Source of the DNA: Thermoplasmata archaeon
GTDB taxonomy: Archaea > Thermoplasmatota > Thermoplasmata > Lutacidiplasmatales > UBA184
Length of the DNA stretch: 64,000 bases
Reading direction: 5' to 3'
NCBI GenBank assembly: GCA_021790425.1
Contig: JAJYEA010000001.1
Coordinates: 19-64,018 of the forward strand
This document shows positions 28,680-38,708 of the stretch, in pieces. The notes below the pieces were generated by a model. It saw nothing but the letters and a program-made list of their open reading frames with translations. It did no database searches and had not been told where the DNA came from. Within the stretch, counting starts at the first letter, position 1. Each line of letters begins with the position of its first letter. The position numbers were made by a program, and so were the translations under genes.

Positions 28680-30107
28680 ATGGCCCAGCTGCCCGACAAG
28701 GAATCGTCGTTCTTCGAGTGGTACAACGAGGTGCTCGAGGTCGCGAACGTCACTGACAAGCGCTACCCGGTGAAGGGGGTCAATGTCTGGACCCCGTTCG
28801 GATTCAAGGCCGTGAGCCTCATGGACCGCTTGATCCGCGAGAAGGTCATCCCCCTGGGCTACCAGGAGGTGTGCTTTCCGACGCTCATCCCCGAGAGCGA
28901 GCTCAACAAGGAGGCCGAGCATATCAAGGGGTTCGGCGAGGAGGTCTACTGGGTCACCCACGGGGGCCGCACCGAGCTCGACATCAAGCTCGCGCTCCGT
29001 CCGACCAGCGAGACCGCCATGTACCCCATCTTCGCGCTGTGGGTCCGGTCCCATCGCGACCTCCCCCTGCAGGTCTTCCAGATCGTGAACACCTTCCGCT
29101 ACGAGACGAAGAGCACCCGGCCGCTCATCCGCGTGCGGGAGATCCACTTCTTTGAGGGGCACACGGTCCAGCTCGGGGACGCCGAGGCGGAGTCCCAGGC
29201 CCGGGCCGACCTCGCCTCGTTCCGGGAGATCGCGAAGGTGCTCTGCCTCCCGTACGTCATGGACCGGAGGCCCGACTGGGACAAGTTCCCCGGTGCCTTC
29301 TACTCGATCGCCTGCGACCTCCCGGTGGGAGGGAACCGGACGCTGCAGATCGGCACCGTCCACCACTACAGCCAGAACTTCGCGAAGCCGTACGGGATCT
29401 CCTACGAGGACAAGGACGGCGCGCGGCTCGTCCCGTCCCAGACGACCTACGGCATCTCCGAGCGGCTGCTGGGGGGAACGATCGCCATCCACGGGGACCA
29501 GAAGGGGCTGGTGTGGCCCAGCTTCGTCGCCCCGACGCAAGTGGTCATCATCCCCATCCCGGGAGAGAACGACCCGGCCCCGCTCATCGCACGGGCCGAG
29601 GAGGTCCGGGCGGAACTGCTCCGCACCCCGCTCCGGGTGGAGATCGACGCGACCGAGGGACGTCCCGGCGCCAAGTACTATGCCTGGGAGATGAAGGGCG
29701 TGCCGCTTCGGATCGAGATCGGCCGCCGCGAGCTGGAGGAGGGCACCCTTTCCGCCGTCAATCGGCTGGGGGGACGCACCAAGCTCGCGAAGGGAGACAC
29801 CGCCGCCCAGGTCCAGGCCGCGCTAGCGGCCTACGATGTCGCGCTCACCGAAAGGGCCCGGAAGAGCTTCGCCACCAACGTGAACATCGCCCGGGACGGG
29901 CCCGGGGTCGTGGCCGAGAAGGCCAACCTCGTGGGGTGGTGCGGCGAGCAGACCTGCGCCCAGGAAGTGGAGAAGCGGTGGGGACTCTCGGTGCTCGGCC
30001 GCCTCGAGGAGGCTCCCGAGGCCCTCTCCCTCGGCCCCGCTCCGCCGGCCTGCATCGTCTGTTCCAAGTCCGGGGGCGCCTGGTCGCTCGCGGCCAAGGC
30101 CCTCTGA
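28680..30107 (+). CDS. proS: proline--tRNA ligase (archaeal type)
   Basis: RYPVKG, LRPTSETAMY, FRYETK.TRPLIRVREI, QIGTVH, GISERL. Confidence 0.97.
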   Translation: MAQLPDKESSFFEWYNEVLEVANVTDKRYPVKGVNVWTPFGFKAVSLMDRLIREKVIPLGYQEVCFPTLIPESELNKEAEHIKGFGEEVYWVTHGGRTELDIKLALRPTSETAMYPIFALWVRSHRDLPLQVFQIVNTFRYETKSTRPLIRVREIHFFEGHTVQLGDAEAESQARADLASFREIAKVLCLPYVMDRRPDWDKFPGAFYSIACDLPVGGNRTLQIGTVHHYSQNFAKPYGISYEDKDGARLVPSQTTYGISERLLGGTIAIHGDQKGLVWPSFVAPTQVVIIPIPGENDPAPLIARAEEVRAELLRTPLRVEIDATEGRPGAKYYAWEMKGVPLRIEIGRRELEEGTLSAVNRLGGRTKLAKGDTAAQVQAALAAYDVALTERARKSFATNVNIARDGPGVVAEKANLVGWCGEQTCAQEVEKRWGLSVLGRLEEAPEALSLGPAPPACIVCSKSGGAWSLAAKAL

Positions 30108-30166
30108 ACCGCCTATCGACCGGGCAACGCCCGCATTCCGGGGAAGGGTAGGCTCTCGGCAGCGCG

Positions 30167-31396
30167 TCAGGGCACGCAGCCGCTCACGGCGTAGTCGTCC
30201 CCGTTGAACTCCGCGTACCCGTAGTCCTCGTAGAGGTCGGTCTCGGTGACCGTGACCTGGTTCACCGGGTCGTAGAAGACCGTGACCCCATTGCTCGCGT
30301 CGTAGCTCAGGATGACCGAGGGGCCCAGCATCTTGTGCAGCTGGGCGAGGGTGGAGGCGGGGATCGAGGCATTGTCGTGCTGGCAGTTCCCGGTGGCCGT
30401 GCTCGACCCTCCGGACGGCGGGGCGGAGACGGTTCCGCCGGGGGCGACGAGCACGGGGGCCGGCGTGTTGTTGTGCGTGGTCCCCGCGGCCACGGCGGTG
30501 AGCGCGATGAGCACCACGAACCCGATACCGGCACGGCGGGGGAGGGTCCACCGGTCGGCGGATGCGAGTGCGGGGAGCTTCCGGCGCTTCTTCTTCGGCT
30601 GGGGGGTCGTGGTTTCGACGGACTTCCACTGAAGGGCGATGGCGATGACGTTCCCCATCAGGAGCGCCGTGAGCAGCCCCAGGGTGGGGAGGATGAAGCT
30701 CAACCCCAGGCCGAGAACCCCCACGATGACCCCGAAGATCGGCTGGGCGGCCGGGTCCGCCATGGAGGTCCGGGGGTCGCTCGCCATGAAGAGGCCGAAG
30801 AAGACGAGCGCGGGGTCGAGCACCGTGAGCACGAAGACCTCGGGGGAGGTGATCAGCGAGAAGAAGTAGTGGTCCATCGAGGCGAGGACCCCGTAGGTGA
30901 CGAAGAAGGCCGCGGTCGACCGCCAGCGGGTCCGGTCCCGGGCGAGGAGCAGGAGGCCGAGGGCGGGAAGGAGGATGAGGCCCGGGGTTCCGAGGTCCAC
31001 CCACCAGGCGGGAGCGAGACCGAGGAAGACCGCCCCCAGGAATATGCCCAGTGCGGCCGGGTTCCAGAGCGGATGACCCTTCCGACGGAGAGCGTGCTTC
31101 AGCGCGATGGCCGCCACGACCACGGTCCCCGAGAGCAGGAGCGGGGCGGTAGGAGGGAGGACCAGCGCCACGAGGAACCCGGTGGCGACGGCCGAGTCCG
31201 GCATCCGGACGTGGGGGAAGCGGACCCGCTGGAACCCCAGGTCGATCAGCGCGGCGATGGCGGGGAGCAGGAACGCTCCCGGACCGATCCAGTTGAGGTA
31301 GATCTGTCCCCAGATCGCGATGACCGCGAGGGCCACCCACAGGAGCCGCGCAGGTGGGAGATAGCGCGACACCTTGGAACGGAACTCACGGAGCAT
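30167..31396 (-). CDS. stand-alone RnfD/NqrB-like membrane protein with extra C-terminal domain
   Basis: SAVATGFLVALVL, KH..R....H.WNPAA, FFGLFMASDPRTS; C-terminal TM, linker and two-Cys domain. Confidence 0.75.
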   Translation of the reverse strand: MLREFRSKVSRYLPPARLLWVALAVIAIWGQIYLNWIGPGAFLLPAIAALIDLGFQRVRFPHVRMPDSAVATGFLVALVLPPTAPLLLSGTVVVAAIALKHALRRKGHPLWNPAALGIFLGAVFLGLAPAWWVDLGTPGLILLPALGLLLLARDRTRWRSTAAFFVTYGVLASMDHYFFSLITSPEVFVLTVLDPALVFFGLFMASDPRTSMADPAAQPIFGVIVGVLGLGLSFILPTLGLLTALLMGNVIAIALQWKSVETTTPQPKKKRRKLPALASADRWTLPRRAGIGFVVLIALTAVAAGTTHNNTPAPVLVAPGGTVSAPPSGGSSTATGNCQHDNASIPASTLAQLHKMLGPSVILSYDASNGVTVFYDPVNQVTVTETDLYEDYGYAEFNGDDYAVSGCVP

Positions 31397-31564
31397 GGAT
31401 GACTGAGAATCGCTACATCCGTATGGCGGAACCGCGCTATATACCTTGAGTCGAACCTCGGGGGCCTCGGACACCGTGGGGCAGGGGGGTCCGGTCCCGG
31501 CGCGCGTGCATCCGTCCATATCGCCCCTTATAACCCGTCCACAGATGGCCCCTCGAAAGGAATC

Positions 31565-32965
31565 ATGGCCGCTTCGAAGGTCCTCCTGGTGGGCGCGGGT
31601 GGCCGGGAGCACGCGATCGGGGCCGCACTCGCCCGCAGCGAGGCGGCGGTGTACGTCGCGGCGCCCTCCGTCAATCCGGGGTTGAAACGCCTGTCCCGGG
31701 GATACCGGAACCTGTCCGTGGAGGACGGGGATGCGATCGCCCAGTGGGCCCGGCAGCTCGGGGTCTCCCTCGCGGTCCTCGGGCCCGATGCGGCCGTTGC
31801 CGCCGGAGTGGCCGATCGGCTCCGTGCCGGGGAGATCCCCACGGTCGGGCCGGGAGCCGCCGCCGCGCGGATCGAGAGCTCCAAGTCCTTCGCGCGCGCG
31901 CTCATGCGCCAACACTCCATCCCGGGACTTCCACGGACTGCCGAGGCCAAGTCTCCCGCCGAGCTCGAGAGTGCCATCGGAGTGGTGGGAGAGCCCTTCG
32001 TGGTGAAGCCCTCCTGGCTCACCGCGGGCAAGGGGGTGTGGGTCCAGGGAGCGGACTTCAAGACCCGCGACGAGGGGCTCGCCTACGCCCGTTCCCTCCT
32101 GGAGGAGGGAAAGGGACAGCCTGTCGTGCTCGAGGAGAAGCTCGAGGGCGAGGAGTTCAGCCTGATGGCCTTCGTGGACGGCAGCTCCGTCCATCCGATG
32201 CCCGTGGTCCAGGACTACAAGCGTGCGCTCGAAGGGGACCAGGGGGGCAACACCGGGGGGATGGGATCGTACTCCGCCCGCGACGCGCTCCTTCCCTTCC
32301 TGAGCTCCAGCGATTTCGAGACCGCCACGGACATCCTCTCGAAGACGGTCGCGGCGATGAAGTCGGGGGGCCTGGACTACCGGGGCGTGCTCTACGGGGG
32401 GTTCATGGCGACCGCCCACGGGGTCAGCGTGCTCGAGTTCAATGCGCGTTTCGGGGACCCCGAGTCGCTGAACGTGCTGACGCTCTTCGATGGCACCGAT
32501 TTCGACGAGCTGATGGCCGGAGTGGCCGCGGGCCGCGTGCAATCGGTCCATCTCCGCTTCCGGAAGCGCGCCACGGTGGTCAAGTATCTCGTCCCTCCGG
32601 GGTACGGGTCGAAGCCTGTCACAGGAGGTGCCCTCCGGGTCTCCCCCCGACTGGGTGACGAGGAGGGGGTCACGCTCTACTACGGCTCCGTGACACCCGG
32701 CCAGCGGCAGGACGAGGTCGTCATGGGGACCTCGCGATCGCTCGCCCTGGTGGGCGAGGCGAGCGCCCTCAAGGACGCCTACGCCCGGGTCGAGGAGGCG
32801 GTGCGCCACGTACATGGCGAGTTCTATCTCCGCCATGACGTCGGCAGCCCCGTCGACCTCCTCCGTCACCAAGAGCACCTTCGGACCCTGCGGGGGCTCG
32901 GCCCGAAGCTCCAGGAACCCAACCTCACGCGGAGCGGCTCCCAGCCGCCCCACGCGTTCAGCTGA
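31565..32965 (+). CDS. purD: phosphoribosylamine--glycine ligase
   Basis: GAGGREHA, IESSKSF, GKGV, QDYKR, NTGGMG, EFNARFGDPE. Confidence 0.96.
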   Translation: MAASKVLLVGAGGREHAIGAALARSEAAVYVAAPSVNPGLKRLSRGYRNLSVEDGDAIAQWARQLGVSLAVLGPDAAVAAGVADRLRAGEIPTVGPGAAAARIESSKSFARALMRQHSIPGLPRTAEAKSPAELESAIGVVGEPFVVKPSWLTAGKGVWVQGADFKTRDEGLAYARSLLEEGKGQPVVLEEKLEGEEFSLMAFVDGSSVHPMPVVQDYKRALEGDQGGNTGGMGSYSARDALLPFLSSSDFETATDILSKTVAAMKSGGLDYRGVLYGGFMATAHGVSVLEFNARFGDPESLNVLTLFDGTDFDELMAGVAAGRVQSVHLRFRKRATVVKYLVPPGYGSKPVTGGALRVSPRLGDEEGVTLYYGSVTPGQRQDEVVMGTSRSLALVGEASALKDAYARVEEAVRHVHGEFYLRHDVGSPVDLLRHQEHLRTLRGLGPKLQEPNLTRSGSQPPHAFS

Positions 32966-32972
32966 GCCACCG

Positions 32973-33863
32973 ATGGCGGGCCTGGTCCCTTGGGTACGGC
33001 TCGCGCGGCCGGGGAACTCGGCCATCTCGCTCGTGGGAACGGTGGTGGGCGGGCTCTCGGTGGTCGGCCTCCACGCGCCGGACCTGGTCACGCTGCTCGC
33101 GCTGCTGCTCGTGGCGGGACTGGTCCCCTTCCTGGTGACCTCCGCCGGGAACGCGCTCAACGACTTCCTGGATGTCGAGGGGGACCGCATCAACCACCCG
33201 GAGCGACCCATTCCGAGCGGGGACATCTCCCCGGACGGGGCGCGCCGGTTCTCGATCGTCCTGTTCGCGCTCTCGGGGGTACCGCTGGCCGTGCTGCCCG
33301 CCGTGGGCCTGCTCAGCGGCGGCGCGGTCTGGGAGGACCTCCTCGAGATGATGGCGATCTGGATCGCCTCGATCATCCTCCTCGTGAACTACGAGACCCG
33401 GACGAAGGCCCGGGGGATCACCGGGAACGTCACGGTGGCCTTCCTCACGGGCGCGGTCTTCCTCTTCGGAGGCGCCGCGGTGGGACACCCGCTCCCGACG
33501 CTTCCCTGGCTCCTCATGGCCTTCTTCGCGACCCTGTCCCGGGAGGTCATCAAGGACATGGAGGACCTCGAGGGGGACAAGGACCGCCAGACCCTGCCGA
33601 AGACGGCCGGTATCCCGGTGGCGACCGCGACGGCCCGGGCCTCGGTGGCGATCGCCATCCTGCTCAGTGCCCTGCCGCTCCTCACCTGGCTCGCCCCGAC
33701 GAGCCTGGCCGGCATGGCCTACCTGGCCCTCGTGGCGGTGAGCGACCTCACGTTCCTGCTTTCCATCCTGTGGTTGCCCCGCCGGCTGCACGGGGAGCAA
33801 GGGCTATCTAAGGCCGCGATGGTCCTCGCACTAGGTGCGTTCCTGGGGGCATCGCTGCATTGA
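32973..33863 (+). CDS. digeranylgeranylglyceryl phosphate synthase (UbiA family)
   Basis: GNALNDFLDVEGDRINHPERPIPSG, REVIKDMEDLEGD; adjacent to GGGP synthase. Confidence 0.92.
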   Translation: MAGLVPWVRLARPGNSAISLVGTVVGGLSVVGLHAPDLVTLLALLLVAGLVPFLVTSAGNALNDFLDVEGDRINHPERPIPSGDISPDGARRFSIVLFALSGVPLAVLPAVGLLSGGAVWEDLLEMMAIWIASIILLVNYETRTKARGITGNVTVAFLTGAVFLFGGAAVGHPLPTLPWLLMAFFATLSREVIKDMEDLEGDKDRQTLPKTAGIPVATATARASVAIAILLSALPLLTWLAPTSLAGMAYLALVAVSDLTFLLSILWLPRRLHGEQGLSKAAMVLALGAFLGASLH

Positions 33864-34609
33864 AGGGCCAAGTTTTTGACCACATGCTCGCGGCCATCCG
33901 AGGAGGGCCGATCCACCTGACGCTCATCGACCCGGACAAGACCCGGGGCGATCGGGCCGCGGCGGTGGCCCGCGAAGCCGAGTCGCTCGGGAGCTTCGGG
34001 CTCCTGCTCGGGGGCTCGACCGGGATCACGCCCGGGGCCATGGGCGAGGTTGCCGCCACGGTCCACCGGACGACCCGGCTCCCCGTCATCATCTTCCCGC
34101 AGGGGGCGGAGTCGCTGACCGGCGAGGCGGACGCCATCCTCTTCATGAGCCTCCTCAACTCGCGCAACGTGGGCCACGTGGTGCGGCTGCAGGCCCGCGC
34201 CTCCCTCGCGGTGAAATCCCTGGGGATCGAGCCGATATCCACGGCGTACATCGTGGTCGCCCCCGGGATGAAGGTGGGCGAGGTCGGGGAGGCCGACTGC
34301 GTGCCGCGCGAGGACCCGAAGATGGCCTGCGGGTACGCGCTCGCGGCGCAGTATTTCGGAATGCGGATGATCTACCTCGAGGCAGGGTCGGGGGCCCCAG
34401 CCCCGGTCCCGGCCGACATGGTCCGTGCGGTGAAGGAGGCGACGCATCTCCCAGTGATCGTCGGCGGAGGAATCCGCACCGAGGCGGATGCCCGGGCGGT
34501 GCTCGACGGGGGTGCGGACGTGCTCGTGACGGGGACGGTGGTCGAGGAGGACGGAGGTTCGGCCCTGGCTCCCATCCTCGGCGAGGTGAGACGCCGCCGT
34601 GCCCGGTAG
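33860..34609 (+). CDS. geranylgeranylglyceryl phosphate synthase
   Basis: HLTLIDPDK, GGSTG, SLLNSRN, YLEAGSGA, VGGGIR; TTG start overlaps upstream stop. Confidence 0.95.
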   Translation: MKGQVFDHMLAAIRGGPIHLTLIDPDKTRGDRAAAVAREAESLGSFGLLLGGSTGITPGAMGEVAATVHRTTRLPVIIFPQGAESLTGEADAILFMSLLNSRNVGHVVRLQARASLAVKSLGIEPISTAYIVVAPGMKVGEVGEADCVPREDPKMACGYALAAQYFGMRMIYLEAGSGAPAPVPADMVRAVKEATHLPVIVGGGIRTEADARAVLDGGADVLVTGTVVEEDGGSALAPILGEVRRRRAR

Positions 34610-36401
34610 CAAGGAAGAGTCTTCGTTCGCGGACCTGCGGACCCCGTCCATCGCCTGGAGCACGATCCTCCTGATCGCACTGTCCCTCGCCTTCGCCTGG
34701 CTCTCCTGGACCCCGTTCACCCCCTGGCCGACCTTCTCCTGGATGCCGGGGGGGGCGTTCGGGACCGCGTTCCTCTTCTTCCTCTTGCCGGCCTTCCCCG
34801 GCGCGCTCGCCGCCGCCCCCATCTCCCACGTGCTCGGGGGGAAGCTCAACGCCCGCCGTGCCCTCTTCTCCGGGGTCCTGATGTACGTCTTCGTGGGCGT
34901 CGGGCTCGCCCTCTGGAGGCTCTTCGTCACCCTCCACGGGGCCTATCCGCTCGAGGGCGTGCTCCTCGCCCTCTTCGGGGCCAGCGTCTGGTTCCGCCAA
35001 ATGGTGCTCTCGGGCATCTCGGGGCCCACGCCCCTCCGGGCGGTACCCCAGTCGCTCGTCGCCCCAGCGTTCGGCGTGGTGCTCACCTGGGGATTCCTCG
35101 GGGTCACCCTCGTCCACGTGGGGGAGGGGATCTTCTTCCTCCTCCTCCCGCTCGGGGCCATCGCCCTCCTGATCGAGGGCGCCAACCGGCCGATGGTGCG
35201 GGAGTTCGGGGAGAGCGGGGTGGCGATACTGCGCCCCCTCATCGATCACATCAACGAACGCGACCCGGAGGCTTCGCGGCGGATGGAGGAGTTCCTGGCC
35301 AACTCCCCGAGCGAGGCCGACCTGACCGTCAGCGCCCTGCACTTCCGCGGGGAAGGCACGGACCTCCTCTGGATCGCCCCCGCCATCCATCCGGGGCCCT
35401 TCGCGGAGCTCGGCGCGAGCGACCTCCCGAACAAGGTGGTCAGCATGCTCTCGGGTGCGGCGCAGGAGATCGTCGTCCTCCACGCCCCGTGCACCCACGA
35501 CCAGAACATTCCCACCACCGAGGAGGTCCGGCGCGTGATGGGACAGGTGAAGTCGTATCTCCCGAACCTCAGCGCCGGCCCTTCCCGGGCCTCCCCGCTC
35601 GTGCTCCCGCACGCCGGGTCGATGGTGCGGGCCCAGGTACTCGGGGACACCGTGCTCCTGGTCGTGAGCCGGGCACCGGAGGCCAGCGACGACATCGACT
35701 ACGCCGTCGGCGAGATGGTGCGGGAGGAGGCGCGCCGCCAGGGATTCCGCCTCGGGATCATCGTGGATGCCCACAACGTCTACGTGCGGGAGAACATGGG
35801 CACGGTCCCCTTCGGCTCCCCCCAGAGCTTCAAGCTCATCGAGGACGCCAAGGCCGCCATGCGGGCTGCCCAGGCCGCCGTGAAGGAAGGGCCGGTCCGC
35901 GTCGGGGTCGGTCACCGTCGGGGCTACACGACCCAGGACGACGGACTCGGCAAGGAGGGCATCTCCGTGACCGTGGTGGAAGCGGCGGGCTCGCGCACGG
36001 CCTACGCGGTGCTCGACGGGAACAACCTGCTCCACGGGTTCCGGGAGAAGCTCCTCGCGACGCTGAAGGAATCGGTCGACGAGGCCGAGGTGATGACCAC
36101 CGACAACCACGTGGTGCACGAGGTGGCGAACGGGATCAACCCGATCGGGAAGCTGCGCTCGGCCGGGGCGCTCTCCAAGGACCTCCACGCAGTGGTGACG
36201 GAAGCCCTCTCCCGGATGCACCCCGTCACGGTGAGCTCGGGCGAGGTCCGGGTACCCCGGGTGAAGGTCATGGGCCATGCCACCACGATCCGCCTGATGA
36301 CGGTCCTGAACGACTCCTTCGCGGCCTTCTGGGTGCTGATGCCGACGACGCTCCTGCTCACGGTGGCCGGTGAACTGCTGGTCCTCGCCCTCTTCCCGTG
36401 A
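34599..36401 (+). CDS. DUF2070 family membrane protein
   Basis: N-terminal TMs; IHPGPF, HAPCTHD, VDAHN, DGNN, TTDNH. Confidence 0.88.
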   Translation: MPGSKEESSFADLRTPSIAWSTILLIALSLAFAWLSWTPFTPWPTFSWMPGGAFGTAFLFFLLPAFPGALAAAPISHVLGGKLNARRALFSGVLMYVFVGVGLALWRLFVTLHGAYPLEGVLLALFGASVWFRQMVLSGISGPTPLRAVPQSLVAPAFGVVLTWGFLGVTLVHVGEGIFFLLLPLGAIALLIEGANRPMVREFGESGVAILRPLIDHINERDPEASRRMEEFLANSPSEADLTVSALHFRGEGTDLLWIAPAIHPGPFAELGASDLPNKVVSMLSGAAQEIVVLHAPCTHDQNIPTTEEVRRVMGQVKSYLPNLSAGPSRASPLVLPHAGSMVRAQVLGDTVLLVVSRAPEASDDIDYAVGEMVREEARRQGFRLGIIVDAHNVYVRENMGTVPFGSPQSFKLIEDAKAAMRAAQAAVKEGPVRVGVGHRRGYTTQDDGLGKEGISVTVVEAAGSRTAYAVLDGNNLLHGFREKLLATLKESVDEAEVMTTDNHVVHEVANGINPIGKLRSAGALSKDLHAVVTEALSRMHPVTVSSGEVRVPRVKVMGHATTIRLMTVLNDSFAAFWVLMPTTLLLTVAGELLVLALFP

Positions 36402-36554
36402 GAGGCCGGTTCATCGCGGTGTGCTCCGAGGTGCGGGGAGCGGCCGATTCTGGGCAAGAGCTTTTAAGCGGCCCGGAGATGGCAAGTCCAATGAGTGGGC
36501 CCATGACGACTGAGATGGCCGACTGACCCCGGGACTTCCCGACTTTTTTCCTGC

Positions 36555-37088
36555 ATGGACCTTCTCGAAGCTTTTCAGCGCCAAAGAGCCTGCCGAAACT
36601 TCCAAGAGCGACCCGTTCCCGAAGAGACCATCGCCAAGGTCCTCAACGGGGCGCGGATGGCCACCTCGGTCGAGAACCAGCAGCCCTGGCGGTTCATCGT
36701 CGTGCGGAGCGAGGAGATGAAGACCAAGCTCTCCAACCTCGTCACCAAGGGCGCGTTCCTCCGGACCTCCCCCGTCGTGGTGGTGGCCCTGGGCGTCGAA
36801 GGGGAGCGCTCGGTCCTGGTGGGAGGGTACACCCTGAGCTTCCTCCTGGACGTCGCCGCCTCCATCCAGAACTTCATCCTCGCCGCCACCGCCGAGGGTC
36901 TCGGCACCGCGTGGCTCTCCGAGTTCCACGAGGAGAAGGTGTCGAAGCTCTTCGGACTCCCGGAGGGGGTCAAAGTGGTGGGGATCCTTCCCCTCGGCTT
37001 CCCGGTGCCCGATCCTCCGGGCACGCCTGTTCCGAACGGCCGCAAGAGCCTGTCGGAAGTCATGGCCTTCGAGCGCTTCACCTGGTGA
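36555..37088 (+). CDS. nitroreductase family protein
   Basis: R..CRNFQ, NQQPWRFIVV, QNFILAATAEGLGTAW, RK. Confidence 0.92.
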   Translation: MDLLEAFQRQRACRNFQERPVPEETIAKVLNGARMATSVENQQPWRFIVVRSEEMKTKLSNLVTKGAFLRTSPVVVVALGVEGERSVLVGGYTLSFLLDVAASIQNFILAATAEGLGTAWLSEFHEEKVSKLFGLPEGVKVVGILPLGFPVPDPPGTPVPNGRKSLSEVMAFERFTW

Positions 37089-37142
37089 GCCGGCAAGGCA
37101 CACCCGCCGCTCCTCGGCCATCCGGCCGTTAGGCCCCAGAGT

Positions 37143-37841
37143 CTACCGGGGCGGGGGTGGCAGGGTTGGAACGACCGTCCCCGGCGCGGGCAGGGACCCC
37201 GGGGGAGGGAGCGAACCCTTCCGGCGCCGGGTTCGCGTCATCGCGACGAGAACGGCCGCGACGACCACCGCCACCACGACGGCCAGGAACACCCACGTGG
37301 TCGCTCCCCCCGTCAGTATCGGGTTGATGGGGCCCACGCACTGCGGTCGAACGGATATCCCCGTGGCCGCTGCGCAACAACCGCACTGAGGTTCGGCAAC
37401 GTAGACCGCGGCCACGACCCCGTTCCCGTGCACCGTCAGCTTCGTGGAGTTCGATGTCGAGTTGGCTAGGGTGAGATTGCTCGTCGTGGTCCAATCCACG
37501 AAAAGATACGATTGGGAGCACCCGGAACCCGCCGAGGTGCCCACGTGGAGGGGAGCGGAGAGGGAGTAGGTCCCCGGGCCGAGGGTCACGTTAGCGGACG
37601 CGGTCACGGCGGTCCCGTTGAGCGTGATGATCACGCATCGTTGCAGGAGCGCCGTGCCGGAGAGGGCCTCGATCCCCACCCCATAGTGTGGCGCACCGGA
37701 AAGAGGGTGCCCGGACAGGACCAGGGACCCGGCATCCGCGGGAAGCGGGCCGGGGAGGTAGACGGCTCCGACGAGCGATGGGAGCAGGAGGAGCGAGGCT
37801 ATGAAAAGGCCAAGGCCCCGCCCGGTCCCGGTCGCGCCCAT
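37143..37841 (-). CDS. hypothetical cell-surface protein (signal peptide, beta domain, C-terminal TM anchor)
   Basis: N-terminal hydrophobic segment; YLFVDWTT..VAAVY resembling InlB B-repeat-like units; TM followed by RRRK. Confidence 0.6.
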   Translation of the reverse strand: MGATGTGRGLGLFIASLLLLPSLVGAVYLPGPLPADAGSLVLSGHPLSGAPHYGVGIEALSGTALLQRCVIITLNGTAVTASANVTLGPGTYSLSAPLHVGTSAGSGCSQSYLFVDWTTTSNLTLANSTSNSTKLTVHGNGVVAAVYVAEPQCGCCAAATGISVRPQCVGPINPILTGGATTWVFLAVVVAVVVAAVLVAMTRTRRRKGSLPPPGSLPAPGTVVPTLPPPPR

Positions 37842-37950
37842 GACGAGGAAAAAATATGCGCCTCGCGGATAATAAACGTTCTGGTCGGCGGCGACGCCGC
37901 GCGGGGGCCACCGAGGAAGAACCAGGTGTGGTAGAGTCCGGCCCGGTCCT

Positions 37951-38559
37951 TCAACAGACCCGCGGACTGCGGTCCCGACCCTCGGCCAGCGGGCAGTCTG
38001 CCCAACAGACGCCGCACGTGGCGCTCGGCACCGGTCTCGGTCGCGCGCCACCCAGGATCTCGCTCAGGAAGGGTTCCGCCCGTGCCAGCAGGCCATGGTC
38101 CGGTTCGCCCTCGCGGAACGCCCGGTCCCCGTGCGAGGAGAGCAGGTGTCCGGTAATGGGGGGGTGTTGTGCGGCCCTCCGGGAGAGCAGGAGGAGCTCG
38201 AGCTGCACCCGGAGGACCTGGTCCTCGCCGGGGGAACCCTCCACGACCTCGTAGAACTCGGTGCCCCCCGCGCTCGTCCGGAGAGCATCCACGCTCGCCC
38301 AGAGCGGCGGATCCCGGAGCGCGATCCGGACGTTCCGGTCGAAAGGCGCCCGGGACACGGACTGGAGCGCCTGCGCGACGTGGGCCGCCCGGTGGAGCTC
38401 CAACTTCCGCGCCATCTCCCCAGGAGGCGGCGTCTCCTCCGGATGGTGCACCTCATACCACGGCTTCCGGAGGCAGGATTCCTCCCCCACCATGAGCTTG
38501 CAGAGCACCCGCACCTCGACGCTTGGACCGGAGCCCCCCTTCACTCCCTCCGGATCCAT
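37951..38559 (-). CDS. Cas4/RecB-like PD-(D/E)XK fold protein with 4 Cys, degenerate active site
   Basis: CLRKPWY, VDAL, FYEVV, VQLELL, CGVCWADCP. Confidence 0.55.
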   Translation of the reverse strand: MDPEGVKGGSGPSVEVRVLCKLMVGEESCLRKPWYEVHHPEETPPPGEMARKLELHRAAHVAQALQSVSRAPFDRNVRIALRDPPLWASVDALRTSAGGTEFYEVVEGSPGEDQVLRVQLELLLLSRRAAQHPPITGHLLSSHGDRAFREGEPDHGLLARAEPFLSEILGGARPRPVPSATCGVCWADCPLAEGRDRSPRVC

Positions 38560-38708
38560 ACGGAACCACCCGCCGCAAGAAGAAGGAGGGGTCACTTAAG
38601 GGGGGGGCCGAAACCATGGCTCGGGAATCTCCTCCCGAATTCCGCGCGAGCGAGGCCCGTTTGAGGGTTCTTATAGGACCGCAGTGTGCGCCGGGACATC
38701 GGGACCCC

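Noticed and set aside
30167-33376. 1069-aa ORF on the minus strand
   Set aside because: The upstream two-thirds is the antisense shadow of purD and DGGGP synthase; only 30167-31396 looks like a real gene
32973-34609. Adjacent DGGGP and GGGP synthases (also ferredoxin-GGR at 53067-54505)
   Set aside because: Established archaeal lipid pathway genes; not novel
36514-37122. 9-bp inverted repeat GATGGCCGA/TCGGCCATC around the nitroreductase gene
   Set aside because: Too short to be significant at this GC content
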